Source: Octopus vulgaris
Lineage: Eukaryota
DNA: 64,000 bases
Direction of reading: 5' to 3'
NCBI GenBank assembly: GCA_951406725.2
Contig: OX597835.1
Span: 48,670,001-48,734,000, forward strand
Shown here piece after piece: positions 30,657 to 45,253 of this stretch (positions are counted from its first letter, which is position 1; each line of letters begins with the position of its first letter). Under the pieces are notes generated by a model. That model was given only the letters and a program-made list of their open reading frames with translations. It made no database searches and had not been told where the DNA came from. A program made the position numbers and the translations under genes.

Positions 30657-30902
30657 GTCTCTCTCTCTTTCTCTCTCTCTCTACACACACGCACAGGTGT
30701 AAGAATGTGTGTGTGTGTGTATGTCACTGTGTATATTTAAAATTTAGCAGAGTCAAAGCTGGAATGACTTTCACCATAAGTTTATTTGCTTCAGGAGGGT
30801 AACTTGGAGCTACCGAAGATGATGTTTACTACTAATAATACTAATATTAATACTAATACTAACACTAAGAAGAAGAAAAGATTATGATGATGATAATGAG
30901 GT

Positions 30903-30942
<40 letters not shown>

Positions 30943-31227
30943 AATGATGATGATGATGATAATCAACTATAGGAACTGCAAATGGGTGCATAGGTGTAAC
31001 TAATTTTATGTGCGTGAGTGTATGTGCGTATATGTGTTTGTATATATACGCGTGCGGATGTATGTGGGTGCAAGTGTGGTTTGTGTGTTCGTTTGTATGA
31101 TTTTGTGTGTTTGTGCGAGAGAGAACGGAAAAGCAGAGATGGGTTGTCTGATTGCCTTATGAATCCGAATAGGAACTTTCAGATTCGTAAAGAAAATCAA
31201 ATTTACACACAGACACACACACACACA

Positions 31228-31275
<48 letters not shown>

Positions 31276-31556
31276 TGCACGTCCAGAGACAGAATTTGAA
31301 AGAGGGACAAGGAACGGAAAGAGAAATATAATGTTAATTCAGGTCTTGAACTCTTGTATTTGGAATTAGTTCTTTACTAACTCCCACTTATACTCCTCAC
31401 TATTTTCCTCTCTTCTACAAACTCTTTCTGCAGTCTCCATACACTTACTTCTAACATTCCTGATTATCAGAAGAGTTGTTTACTTTTCTGCTTCACAGGT
31501 AAATTTTCATTCGAAATTTACGTTTGTGTGTAGACACACACACACACGCACGCACG

Positions 31557-31618
<62 letters not shown>

Positions 31619-31894
31619 CAAATATATAAAGAAATCCAATCATGACTGTTCGTCTATATGTATGAGTGTCAAGCTCCGTTTATGTGACAATCACTTTCTC
31701 TCGCTCTTTCTCTCTGTCTCTTGGTATTCATAAGTTCGTGTGTATATGTACATATATACATAACAATTATATGCATAACATATATATATATAGATACATA
31801 TAAATATATAACATACATATATATAGAGATACATATATACATGCATACGTACATATATACATATATATATATATATACATACATGCATACATAT

Positions 31895-31925
<31 letters not shown>

Positions 31926-31932
31926 AATACAT

Positions 31933-31980
<48 letters not shown>

Positions 31981-32035
31981 ATATATATATACATACATAT
32001 ATATATACATACATACATATATATATACATACATA

Positions 32036-32434
32036 GGCACAGGAGTGGCTGTGTGCTAAGTAGCTTGTTTACCAACCACATGGTTCCGGGTTCAGTCCCA
32101 CTGCGTGGCCCCTTGGGCAAGTGTCTCCTACTATAGCCTCGGGCCGACCAAAGCCTTGTGAGCGGATTTGGCAGACGGAAACTGAAAGAAGCCCGTCGTA
32201 TATATGTATATATATATACGCGTGTGTGTGCTCGCGTGTCTGTGTTTGTCCCCCTAACATTGCTTGTCAACCAATGCTGGTGTGTTTATGTCCCCGTTAC
32301 TTAGCGGTTCGGCAAAAGAGACCGATAGAATAAGTACTGGGCTTACAAAAGAATAAGTCCCGGGGTCGAGTTGCTCGATTAAAGGCGGTGCTCCAGCATG
32401 GCCGCAGTCAAATGACTGAAACAAGTAAAAGAGT
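32036..32434 (+). mobile_element. SINE family 3, full length
   Basis: GGCACAGGAGTGGCTGTGTG..GGTTCAGTCC, internal (TA)/(TG), tail GAAACAAGTAAAAGAGT. Confidence 0.92.
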
Positions 32435-32496
32435 GACAGAGAGAAAGAGTATACATATATACATACATACATACTTATATATATATATATATTATA

Positions 32497-33572
32497 TAAT
32501 AATATAATAAATGAATATAAATAATAGAATATATGCATATATACATACATATAAGTACATACTTGCATCTACATGTATATATTCATGCATATATATATAT
32601 ATGTGAGTACAGGACACCACAAATAAACGTAGAACACAACGAGAAACGAAACATAAAATCAAACAAGGGAACGGATTTTTTTTAACAACGAAAAAACAAG
32701 GAAACGGACTTTTTTAAAACAACGGAAAAACAGAGTACAGGACAAACAATAGAAGGAAAATTCCCCTTCATCAGCTGCCCATAGTTCAACTCAATGCGTG
32801 TTTCCAAGGTAAGGGCAGAACACAGCCAGACCGAAGCAGTCCTTCCTGCAAAAGGAATTAATTAAAATTCTTTTGCAGAGGGGTAAAACAAGTGACAAGA
32901 ACAGGACGTAAAAGCAATACAAATGAAGAAAAAACAGTACAAATAAAGAAACAGGACAGGGAACCAACAATAAGGGCTTTTTTTGCCTATACGGTGGAAA
33001 AATTAGTTATAACGCATGTGAAAAATCGGCTTGCGACAGACAGGGAAGTCGATTTATACTTGTTGAAGCACGAAACTGAAAGAAAGTTTTAGTAGCCCTC
33101 TGGTCAGGAGGAGAGAGAGAGGGGGGGAAGAAACCAGAAAGGGTGAAAAATAAGAAGGAGAGAGACAAGTAGAGAAGAAGACAGACAGGAAGGAAAGGTC
33201 AAAGAGTAAGAGTGCGCGTCATGATTATTCAAATAAAAACTTACTTGGAGAAGAGAAGTAGAGAAATAACGCGTGCGTTCGGTCATATAATAATATAATA
33301 AATTTTTACTTAATTCCTTTTGCAGGAAGGACTGCTTCGGTCTGGCCGTGTTCTGCCTTTACCTTGGAAACACGCATTGAGTCGAACCAGGGGCAGCTGA
33401 TGAAGGGGAATTTTCTTTCTATTGTTTGTCCTGTACTCTGTATTTCCGTTGTTTTAAAAAAAAGTCCGTTTCCTTGTTGTTTCGTTGTTAAAAAGAGTCT
33501 GTTCCTTTCTTTGATTTTATGTTTCGTTTCTCGTTGTGTTCTACGTTTATTTGTGGTGTCCTGTACTCACAC

Positions 33573-33657
<85 letters not shown>

Positions 33658-33789
33658 TGTATATATACATGTAGATGTAAGTATGTACATGTATGTATGT
33701 ATACATGCATATATTTTATTTATTTATTATATTATCATATGACCAAACGCACGCGTTATTTCGCTATTTCTCTTCTCCTAGTAAGTTTT

Positions 33790-33790
<1 letters not shown>
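32497..33790. repeat. Inverted repeat (arms ~32497-32870 and ~33300-33735) with a permuted extension
   Basis: GTGAGTACAGGACACCACAAATAAACG... at 32603 pairs with ...CGTTTATTTGTGGTGTCCTGTACTCAC ending at 33570. 33735-33790 is the reverse complement of ~33236-33290. Confidence 0.88.
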
Positions 33791-33847
<57 letters not shown>

Positions 33848-34198
33848 CATATATAGACATAAATTCGTACGTACGTATGTATGCATGTGTCTGACACTTA
33901 GGAAAGAGTAATAACTTGTTTTTTGGGAAACGGTATTACCACATATATTTCTAAATGAATGCTCGCCACAATGAATGATAAAATTTGAATAACTGCGTGG
34001 GTACAAAATTATACACTGAGTACAAATAAAACACCAAGTAACCAACAATAATGAAAGTGATGATGGTCATGACCATCATAATGATGATGATGAAGGGAAA
34101 CAAAGACTCAGAGGACAGGGACTCGACGATGACGACAGCAACACAAATGACAACGACGACAATCACTAATAGTATTATTATTATTATTATTATTATTA

Positions 34199-34322
<124 letters not shown>

Positions 34323-34327
34323 CATCA

Positions 34328-35042
<715 letters not shown>

Positions 35043-35046
35043 AATT

Positions 35047-35139
<93 letters not shown>

Positions 35140-35282
35140 ACATTGTCGTTGCCAAAATAGAAAACTTTGATTACAAGCCATAAGCAAAGATACAAAATAT
35201 AGCATTGCTTTATTTCATCTAGGTAATTATATTTCTGAATGGGTATATATCCATTTGTGTGCTTGCATGTATGTGTGTAGTG

Positions 35283-35367
<85 letters not shown>

Positions 35368-35370
35368 ATT

Positions 35371-35403
<33 letters not shown>

Positions 35404-35669
35404 ATATATATATATATATGTACATATATATATGTATTATATATACATACATACATATATGAATGTATATATGGATGTATGTATGTGAGTATTTATATAT
35501 ATACATATATATATATATATAAACATATATGTAATTTATATACATATATATATACATGTATACAGATAGAGAGAGAGAGAGAAAGGCAGACAGACAGACA
35601 TAGATATGAGCAAAATGATAGTGGAGTTTTCGACATAGTGTCACTAAGACTGTTTGACATTTTATGTAC

Positions 35670-35715
<46 letters not shown>

Positions 35716-35911
35716 CTTACATATAAACATACATATATACACACATACATAATACATATATATATACATACAAATATAACTACATATGTGTGTGTCTGTG
35801 TATGTGTGTAGTTATAAAATTGTACACATACATGTGTAAACATATATATTCATTTTTATTCACTGGCCAATATATATATATGTCTGTGTGTGTGTATGCG
35901 TGTTTGTGTAT

Positions 35912-35946
<35 letters not shown>

Positions 35947-36191
35947 AAGATAGATATATAGACACGTACAAGCTTACATATGACATTAATATGTATATAT
36001 ATTTACATTGAAGCACACACGAACTCAGACAAATATTCTCTCTCTCTCACACACACACAAACACACCCACCCACACACGCGCACCCGAACTCACATACCT
36101 ATATTGGTTTATTCATAAGAACAGTAATGTATGTATAACTTCTTATGTATATACATCTATGTACATATATATATATATATATATACATGTA

Positions 36192-36244
<53 letters not shown>

Positions 36245-36667
36245 ATTTTTGCGTCTGTGTCACAATTACCTTAGAACATTCCTCAGTGCTATGCTTAAAT
36301 AAACATTGCTATAGAGTCTTGAGAGACACTGTTCTAAGGAATTTTCATTCTAAGGTAAAATTAGATTTGATTTTAAAGTATTTGTTGGTCTCTGAAGTAT
36401 TGTAATGTGTGTATAGTTAATTCTGTTGTATAAAATAGCATTGATACAGCTGAAAGCTTACAATACTTCCCTAATAAACACGTGTATACTTTTATAAATA
36501 TACATATATACGACTTTAAGTATATGTTTGTGTGTGTTTGTGCATGTCTGTATGTAGAGGGAGGTATATATATATATGCGTGAGTGTATATGCGTGTGTG
36601 TGTATAATATATATATATATATATACATACTGACAAACATATATAAAATATATATATATATATACAC

Positions 36668-36797
<130 letters not shown>

Positions 36798-37032
36798 CAT
36801 ACATATGCATATACATATCTGTTCGTGTGCTACAAGTATCTATTGGATAGTATATCGATAATATATACAAATACGAATATATATAATATATATAACGTAC
36901 AAATTTGTGTGTGCGTGTGAACCTCTTATTTACAAGTGTGAACAAATGTTATGATTGTTTATTAGGCGATCTAAATATTTATCTTCGCATATGTATACGT
37001 ATGTGTATATCTACATATATACATATAAATAT

Positions 37033-37082
<50 letters not shown>

Positions 37083-37274
37083 CCACATATGTAAGTATGC
37101 CTAAATTCATGTATAGATGCAAAGTCAGGTTTAATATTAGTCTAATTTCTTCACCCGTGACTCGAGGTCTGCACATACAAAATATAACAATATAATTACT
37201 TTCTAGTATGAGCTAATTCTCACATACACCCATAACAACACAAATGTAACCGTCAAAATATACACACACACACA

Positions 37275-37319
<45 letters not shown>

Positions 37320-37538
37320 AGTGAGAGAGAGAGAGCGAGAGAGAGAGAGAGAGGGGAAGAGAGAGAGAGAGAAAGACAAATATACAAACTACATAACGTT
37401 TCCCTTCCGAACACAGATAAACGTGGAGCTTTTCAGAAGCACATACATAAACGTGTAGAAATCCACGTCACCTACGTACGACTATCTATATACATATGTA
37501 TAAGCGTGCATTCAAACATATACGTATGTATATATTTG

Positions 37539-37698
<160 letters not shown>

Positions 37699-37943
37699 TA
37701 CATCCACCTGTATTTATATATGAATATACACGTCATTTGGATTTCAAACATTTTTAGCCTAAGCCCAGTAGATAAAAGTTTTGCACTGCTTCAAAAGTGA
37801 AAGTAGAATATATTTATATATCTTAAAACTGCATTGACTCCGTCTACAGAACAACAAGTAATTCCTCGTAGATTCTAAATTATACAAGAATTCAACATAA
37901 TTCCTTTTTTTTTTCCTTTTTTATATTTGTTTTTGTGCCTTTC

Positions 37944-37985
<42 letters not shown>

Positions 37986-37986
37986 C

Positions 37987-38017
<31 letters not shown>

Positions 38018-38027
38018 TGTGCATATA

Positions 38028-38087
<60 letters not shown>

Positions 38088-38284
38088 TATAGATATATAT
38101 ATGTAGATAGATACATATATATACCTACATATATACACATACACACGCACGCTTGCAACAATACACACTCATACGCACGCACACACACACACACATATAT
38201 ATATATACTCTGAAATATATTTCTTTGTTCTTTTATTATCTTACACGTTTTCTTTCATTCTTAGTTTTGCGCTTTCCGACAAAC

Positions 38285-38325
<41 letters not shown>

Positions 38326-38586
38326 CTACTGCCCAACTCTCAATCGCAGAGGTACACACACAGATACTCTCTCCTTCTCTCTCTCTCTCTCTATCTCACA
38401 CACACACGCACGCGCGCGCGCCCACAGACTCTCACAAGCATATGTGCATCTGTTCATACACTGCATATATCATGTACCTCTCACTGAAAGTTTTATACTT
38501 TGCAAACATCTTTTTTCTTTTTTCTAGAGTTGTTTACAGCAATTTCTAAAATCTACTTCCTCGTACAATTTTTGTTTAATGTATGT

Positions 38587-38654
<68 letters not shown>

Positions 38655-38657
38655 ATA

Positions 38658-38704
<47 letters not shown>

Positions 38705-38747
38705 GTACATATGTAATCATTGTTTGTATGTGTGCCTATATATATAC

Positions 38748-38800
<53 letters not shown>

Positions 38801-38815
38801 TTCTGTTCTATTTCT

Positions 38816-38855
<40 letters not shown>

Positions 38856-39915
38856 CATCTATATATATTTTATTTCATTTAATACATATATAGATAGATA
38901 CATACATATATATAAGTATGTATGTATCTCTATGCTAGAGTGCTCGTGGTTATGGGCGTTTGTATATATATCATTCTCTGGGTTTGTATATATGCACAAT
39001 GTGTACATGTGTATGTTTAGTTTATATATATATATTGTTGTCTATATTATGAGCTCGTCTTTGTGCTACCCTATTTATATTCATATTCCGTTTTGTATAT
39101 TATTATCCAGATATCTTTATTATGAATACGCAAGCATAATTGCATACATTTTCTATCTTTCTCTCTTTATCTCACGCGCACAATGTCTATGTAAATGTAT
39201 GTGCGCAGTCCTGTGTGTGAGTGCTAGTTCATATGCATACGGATATTGCTATGCATACACACACATATTCTGTTTGACAGTACTCTCACACCTCTTACCA
39301 AGTTTATGTCTTTGATGGCGAATACTGATCAAAACTGTTGACCAACGAAAAGTATTTATCTTTATTGTCTCGTATAGAAATGTGTTAACTGCGGTTAAAT
39401 ACACAGTTATGCCTGGTTTCGTATATAATTAAGATAGGCAAAAACGGAATGATTATGTATAGAGTATTCCCAAAACCAAATTCTTTACCAGAATATTAAA
39501 AGAAAACCAATGCACGTCTCACTAATGACCTAAACTATGGATGCTCTTTATATCTGCAGCATGCCCATTCAAGACCGAACACTTCTCAGGCTCTCCTTAG
39601 ATTCTATAGAACTCTTCGGGATCAGGCAACAGCACCAGTTAGATGTGATTACTAATAAGACTCCAAACTGAAAGTTTGTGTGAGAGAGAGAGAGAGAGGG
39701 CCCGGGGGGTGGGTTATCTGCACTTTAAAATGGAGGAACGAGTCTCCATATTCTACAGTGTCGTAATTATTGCTAAAATACACTCCAGATTATATTACCA
39801 TCCAGAGAAGCGAGCATGGAATTACCCATCGGAGAAATTTAGTGTGAGTGATAACTAAAAGTAGTTACCATGGTTTCCGTCCGGATAATATATCTCTCCA
39901 AACGCACACGCTATG

Positions 39916-39952
<37 letters not shown>

Positions 39953-40249
39953 GTATTGGAAGGTTTGGAGATGATCTACAGGTATTTTATATTAGAAGAA
40001 ACGAGGTACTTAGAAAATCGGATGGTTTTATATTTACAGATATTTATTTGTATATTACATGTTTTTATACACCATATAACTTAGATCATGTATCAGCGCT
40101 TTCTCCCATTCTAGTGGGGTTTTCAAATCGAACTAAGTTCTTGGGAAAAAGTTTTGACCATTTTATAGTGGTATTGAGTTTGTAGTGGTGGGGGGGGGAC
40201 ATAAGACAGTACAAGAGGGTGATGGATGAGGAGAAAGTGAGAGAGAGAG

Positions 40250-40306
<57 letters not shown>

Positions 40307-40691
40307 ATGTGTGTGCGTGTGTGTGTTTTTGTATCTGAAAAGAGTGTTAAAGAAAAAGAGAGGAAGGGCGAAAAGGGAGAGAGGGAAGAAGAAAAAATGG
40401 TTTTGCTGGTTTCTTTTGTAGTTGGTCAGGATGTTTACTCCAAGGGGGAGGGGTCTAAGATCTTGGGGAAAAGAATTTAAGTTTTGACCATTTTATAGTG
40501 TTATTGAATGTGTAGTGGCGGGGAGGGATATAAGATTGTACAAGAGGGGGATGAATGGGAAGAAAGTGGGTGAGAGAGCATGTGTGTGTGTGTGTGTGTG
40601 TTTGTATCTTAAGGGAGTGTTAGAAAAGAAGGAAAGGAAGAAAGGGGAGGGAAAGTAGACCATAAATTATATTTCCTTTTTATCATTGTCT

Positions 40692-40733
<42 letters not shown>

Positions 40734-40889
40734 TGTGTGTGTGTGTTTAAGGAGGAATGGTCAAGTTGTTAAGAGTATTCAGTGCCACTTTTGTTTTTAT
40801 TTTTTGCAACTGTAAATGGTTTTTGGTTTTTAGAAATTGGCCATTTCAAAGAAGAATTTTCTGGAATTCTTTTTATTATTGTTTTGTGA

Positions 40890-40925
<36 letters not shown>

Positions 40926-41027
40926 GTGTGTGGGGGGGCCTGTGAGTCTGGAAAGGGTGTCGTTGGAGAAGGGAAGAAAGAAGAAAAGAGGAAGAAGAAA
41001 TAATTGTGTTGATATTTATACCACTAT

Positions 41028-41069
<42 letters not shown>

Positions 41070-41153
41070 TAAATGCTACACTATGTTTGTTAAATTATTA
41101 ATTGAAAGATTTGTCCTTCAATGTATGATGAGCAAAATTTCATAAGGTCCATA

Positions 41154-41220
<67 letters not shown>

Positions 41221-41279
41221 ATAGATGATAGAGAAATATTTTGATGAAATTTTATTTAACAATAAGAAAATTCAGGTAA

Positions 41280-41378
41280 CACAACAACATGTTTAGTAAC
41301 TTAAAACTTGTCTGCATTAACACGAAATTCAGAAATCTTTCAGAATAATGCAGATTTTACGCTACGCCCTCAGGTGAA
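41280..41378 (-). ncRNA. Degenerate type I hammerhead-like motif with a long stem II
   Basis: Minus strand: CTGAGGG-C, stem GTAGC/GTTAC, stem TCTGCATTA/TAATGCAGA, TAAA, palindromic ACATGT. Two core positions deviate and stem I is weak. Confidence 0.4.
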
Positions 41379-41576
41379 AGATTTGTGAAGTAAAGAGGGC
41401 GATAGAATAAATACTTGGTTTAGAAAAATAAGTCCTGGGGTCAATTTGTTCGACTAAAACCCTGCAAGGCAGTGCCCCAGCATAGCCGCAGTCAGATGAC
41501 AGAAACAAGTAAAAGATATACGTGTGGGTGTGTTTATGAAATAAAGTACTATATTTTTATGGGGAGGTTTATATAC

Positions 41577-41614
<38 letters not shown>

Positions 41615-42063
41615 ACGCAGTATCTGTAAATCTGTAAATCTTTTAGGTCTGAAGAAAATATAGAAACATTGTAAACTCAGTAAATGGTAAACACTTAGCT
41701 AAATTAGTTTATAGATAATATTGGCTCTCCGAATATTAGCTATAAACTAATTTAGATAATTACATAAGTGTCTTGAAATCGTAGAGTCGTTTGATCTCAT
41801 TGCTTGTAGCATGCCACTTAAAGCCACTCTTTCTAATTTCTCTCTAAATTCGAATGTTAATTTCAAAATGCCACTTACCAAACAATGTCTGTTGGATTCG
41901 TCATGATCGATTTATTATCTCACCTGTTTCATACTAGTTTAATATTTTACATGAAGATAGTGGATTATATGCTATGATGTAATCTAGGAATACACCAATA
42001 AAATTCTACCGAAACAGCTGTCGTTGATTTTAAATTCCATTTGTGTTTTGTTTTTATAAAAAT

Positions 42064-42500
<437 letters not shown>

Positions 42501-42517
42501 ATATATATATATATATA

Positions 42518-43450
42518 TTGGGATATCCCATAAATAATGCAGTATTTTTATACTTCTGTTTTTCAAAATTAAGATAAACTAAAACATACTCTCCTTCATT
42601 TTCTACAATGCTCTTCCATCTATCTGGTGCACTTGCAAGGCCTCTCTTCCAAAATTCACTTGTCCGGGACGAAAAATACTCCTACAGTACTGTTCTGACC
42701 CCGTCCATAGAATTCATATTTTTGCCGTCCAAATGATTTTGAAGACAGCGGAATAAATGATAATCAGATGGAGGAATATCTGGCGAATATAGTGGGTGAG
42801 GCGTCGTTTCCCATTCAAACTGCTCCATCCTTTGGAATGTCATCTCCGCGGTATGTGGCCGAGCATTAGACTCGGAAAGTTTGTGAGAACCCCATTGACC
42901 CAATTTGCTGACTTTTCCGATGGTACGCAGGTGTTGATGAATGGTTGAATGACCAAATCCAAGCTTCTCTGCTTGTTACTCAACAGTTACGATGGGATTT
43001 TGTTTCACCAGGTTTTGCAGGACATCCTAGTCGAGCTCTATAGATCTTCCATGACAAGATTCGTCTTCCGGGCTCTAGTTTCTGGCCCGGAATTTCTGGA
43101 ACCACCGTTGACACTGGGTTACGTTTATTGTCCGATCCCAATATAGCGCATTAATATTCCTCGCACTTTGCGTTGCGCTGTTGCCTTTATTAAACCCACA
43201 AGAGAAAGCAGGCCGAATATGCTCTTTTGTCATTTCCAATATAGCTTTGAAAAAAATAAGCCTTTAAAATCGAACTGCACTCTTCAAAATTTACACTAAG
43301 TATAAGGACAAGGTAAAATTACTAATTGCTATTACAGCAAGTTGATGCAGTTAGTTTATCCCGTCCCCCTCCGATATTTAGTTAATGTGATTGAAAAAAA
43401 CGCATTATTTATATGGGATGAAAAACGGCATTATATATATAGGATGATGC
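42518..43450 (-). mobile_element. Mariner (Tc1/mariner) DNA transposon remnant, internally deleted, with TIRs
   Basis: Minus strand NARPHTA and PHPLYSPDIPPSDYHLFR (mariner YSPDL motif). TIR ATCCCATAAATAATGC pairs with GCATTATTTATATGGGAT (43402-43419), and the right TIR is partly duplicated. TA runs on both sides. Confidence 0.85.
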
Positions 43451-43507
<57 letters not shown>

Positions 43508-43815
43508 ACATGTAAATACAAAGAAGCGAGCCTTAACGTACTTAACGTACTAGAAAGAACAGTCAAAAACTGTATAGTAATGAATTCCGTTAAAAAGACT
43601 TTCTCTTCACGGTGAATGGTAACGAAAACATATACAAGAAGGGAAATGCACGCAGTTTTATATATATGTTGATATATTTTAGGAGATTTTGATAGAATAC
43701 CGGTTTCCTGTTTTACAGGGAAATTGGTGAACATATTCCAGTTACCTATTATCTTATATATACCATATAAATATCATTAGAACAGATTAAATACAAATAT
43801 AAACGTATATATATA

Positions 43816-43901
<86 letters not shown>

Positions 43902-43919
43902 CATATATATACATATATA

Positions 43920-44116
43920 TACATGATGGATCGTTAGCCACTACAAACATTCTTTTCTCTCTTTGTTTCTGTCCTTGTTTTTTCTGTGTCCCTTTCTGTA
44001 GAAGAGCGTAGGCTCGAAACGTAAAAGACAATTTCTATTCCTGAGCGTTATACTAATACATCTGTTTGTTTTGTACACCACCTGTCTTCGTCTTTTTTTT
44101 TCGTAAACACTCCCTA
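43920..44116 (+). mobile_element. Short TA-embedded repeat carrying a minimal hammerhead-like motif (43992-44027)
   Basis: CTTT-CTGTAGAA-GAGC-GTAG-GCTC-GAAA-CG-TA-AAAG. Related fragments occur at 9337-9356 (+) and ~29706-29746 (-). Confidence 0.55.
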
Positions 44117-44123
44117 TATATGC

Positions 44124-44174
<51 letters not shown>

Positions 44175-44524
44175 GAGAGACCTGAATATATTTATTTAAA
44201 CATTTGATAACCGTTGGATTTCAAGTGTTGAAATAAATATCTTCACCCCTTATACCTCCTGACTTTCTGTGATTTGTACCCTCCTTATCAAATATTTTCC
44301 TCCATTGGCTCACATGAGTTTCAGCTGCACAGAAATCTGCATTACATTCCTCTGCATTCGATTACAAAGTAGTAAGGCAGCCGGATCTACTGACTGTGAC
44401 GGCCACAGCACTTTGTGTATCCATACTTTGTATTCCACACGTGTGTAGAGAGAGAGTTAGAGATAGATACATACATACATATATACATATATACATATAT
44501 ACATAGATACATAGTTATAGATTC

Positions 44525-44557
<33 letters not shown>

Positions 44558-44724
44558 CATACAGATATATATATATATATATATACATATATATAAATAT
44601 ATATAATTGTATTTATATTCATTTATATATACATGCATGTATCTATTTTTATACATATCTATACATATGTATATTTATGTATATATGCATATATAAGTAT
44701 TTCTGAGTCTATATATACACACAG

Positions 44725-44850
<126 letters not shown>

Positions 44851-45023
44851 GTAAGTATTTACCTATATACATGCATATATGTTCATATATGCATATGTAA
44901 CATTATTCCTTTATTGGTTAACGTGAAAAGATATCCGTATGCATATGTAGAAATTAATCCTGGCTGTATACACATAATTGCTGTTAAATGTGTTGCATAA
45001 TAGTAACGTGTATACTTATATGA

Positions 45024-45081
<58 letters not shown>

Positions 45082-45219
45082 GTATATGTATATGTATATA
45101 TGCATATATATATATATATATAAATAAATACATATATATATATATGTATATGCGTGTATGTGTGTGCGTGTGTGTGCATATGCCTATATTTACACGAACA
45201 CACACATACACGCACCCAC

Positions 45220-45253
<34 letters not shown>

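Noticed and set aside
33395-33425. CTGATGAAGGGG as a type I hammerhead
   Set aside because: No GAAA follows the putative stem II and no stem I can be paired. Kept only as a weak permuted-order note.
39440-39680. Possible decayed RT fragment on the minus strand
   Set aside because: Only vague motif resemblance with many stops. Not assignable by eye.
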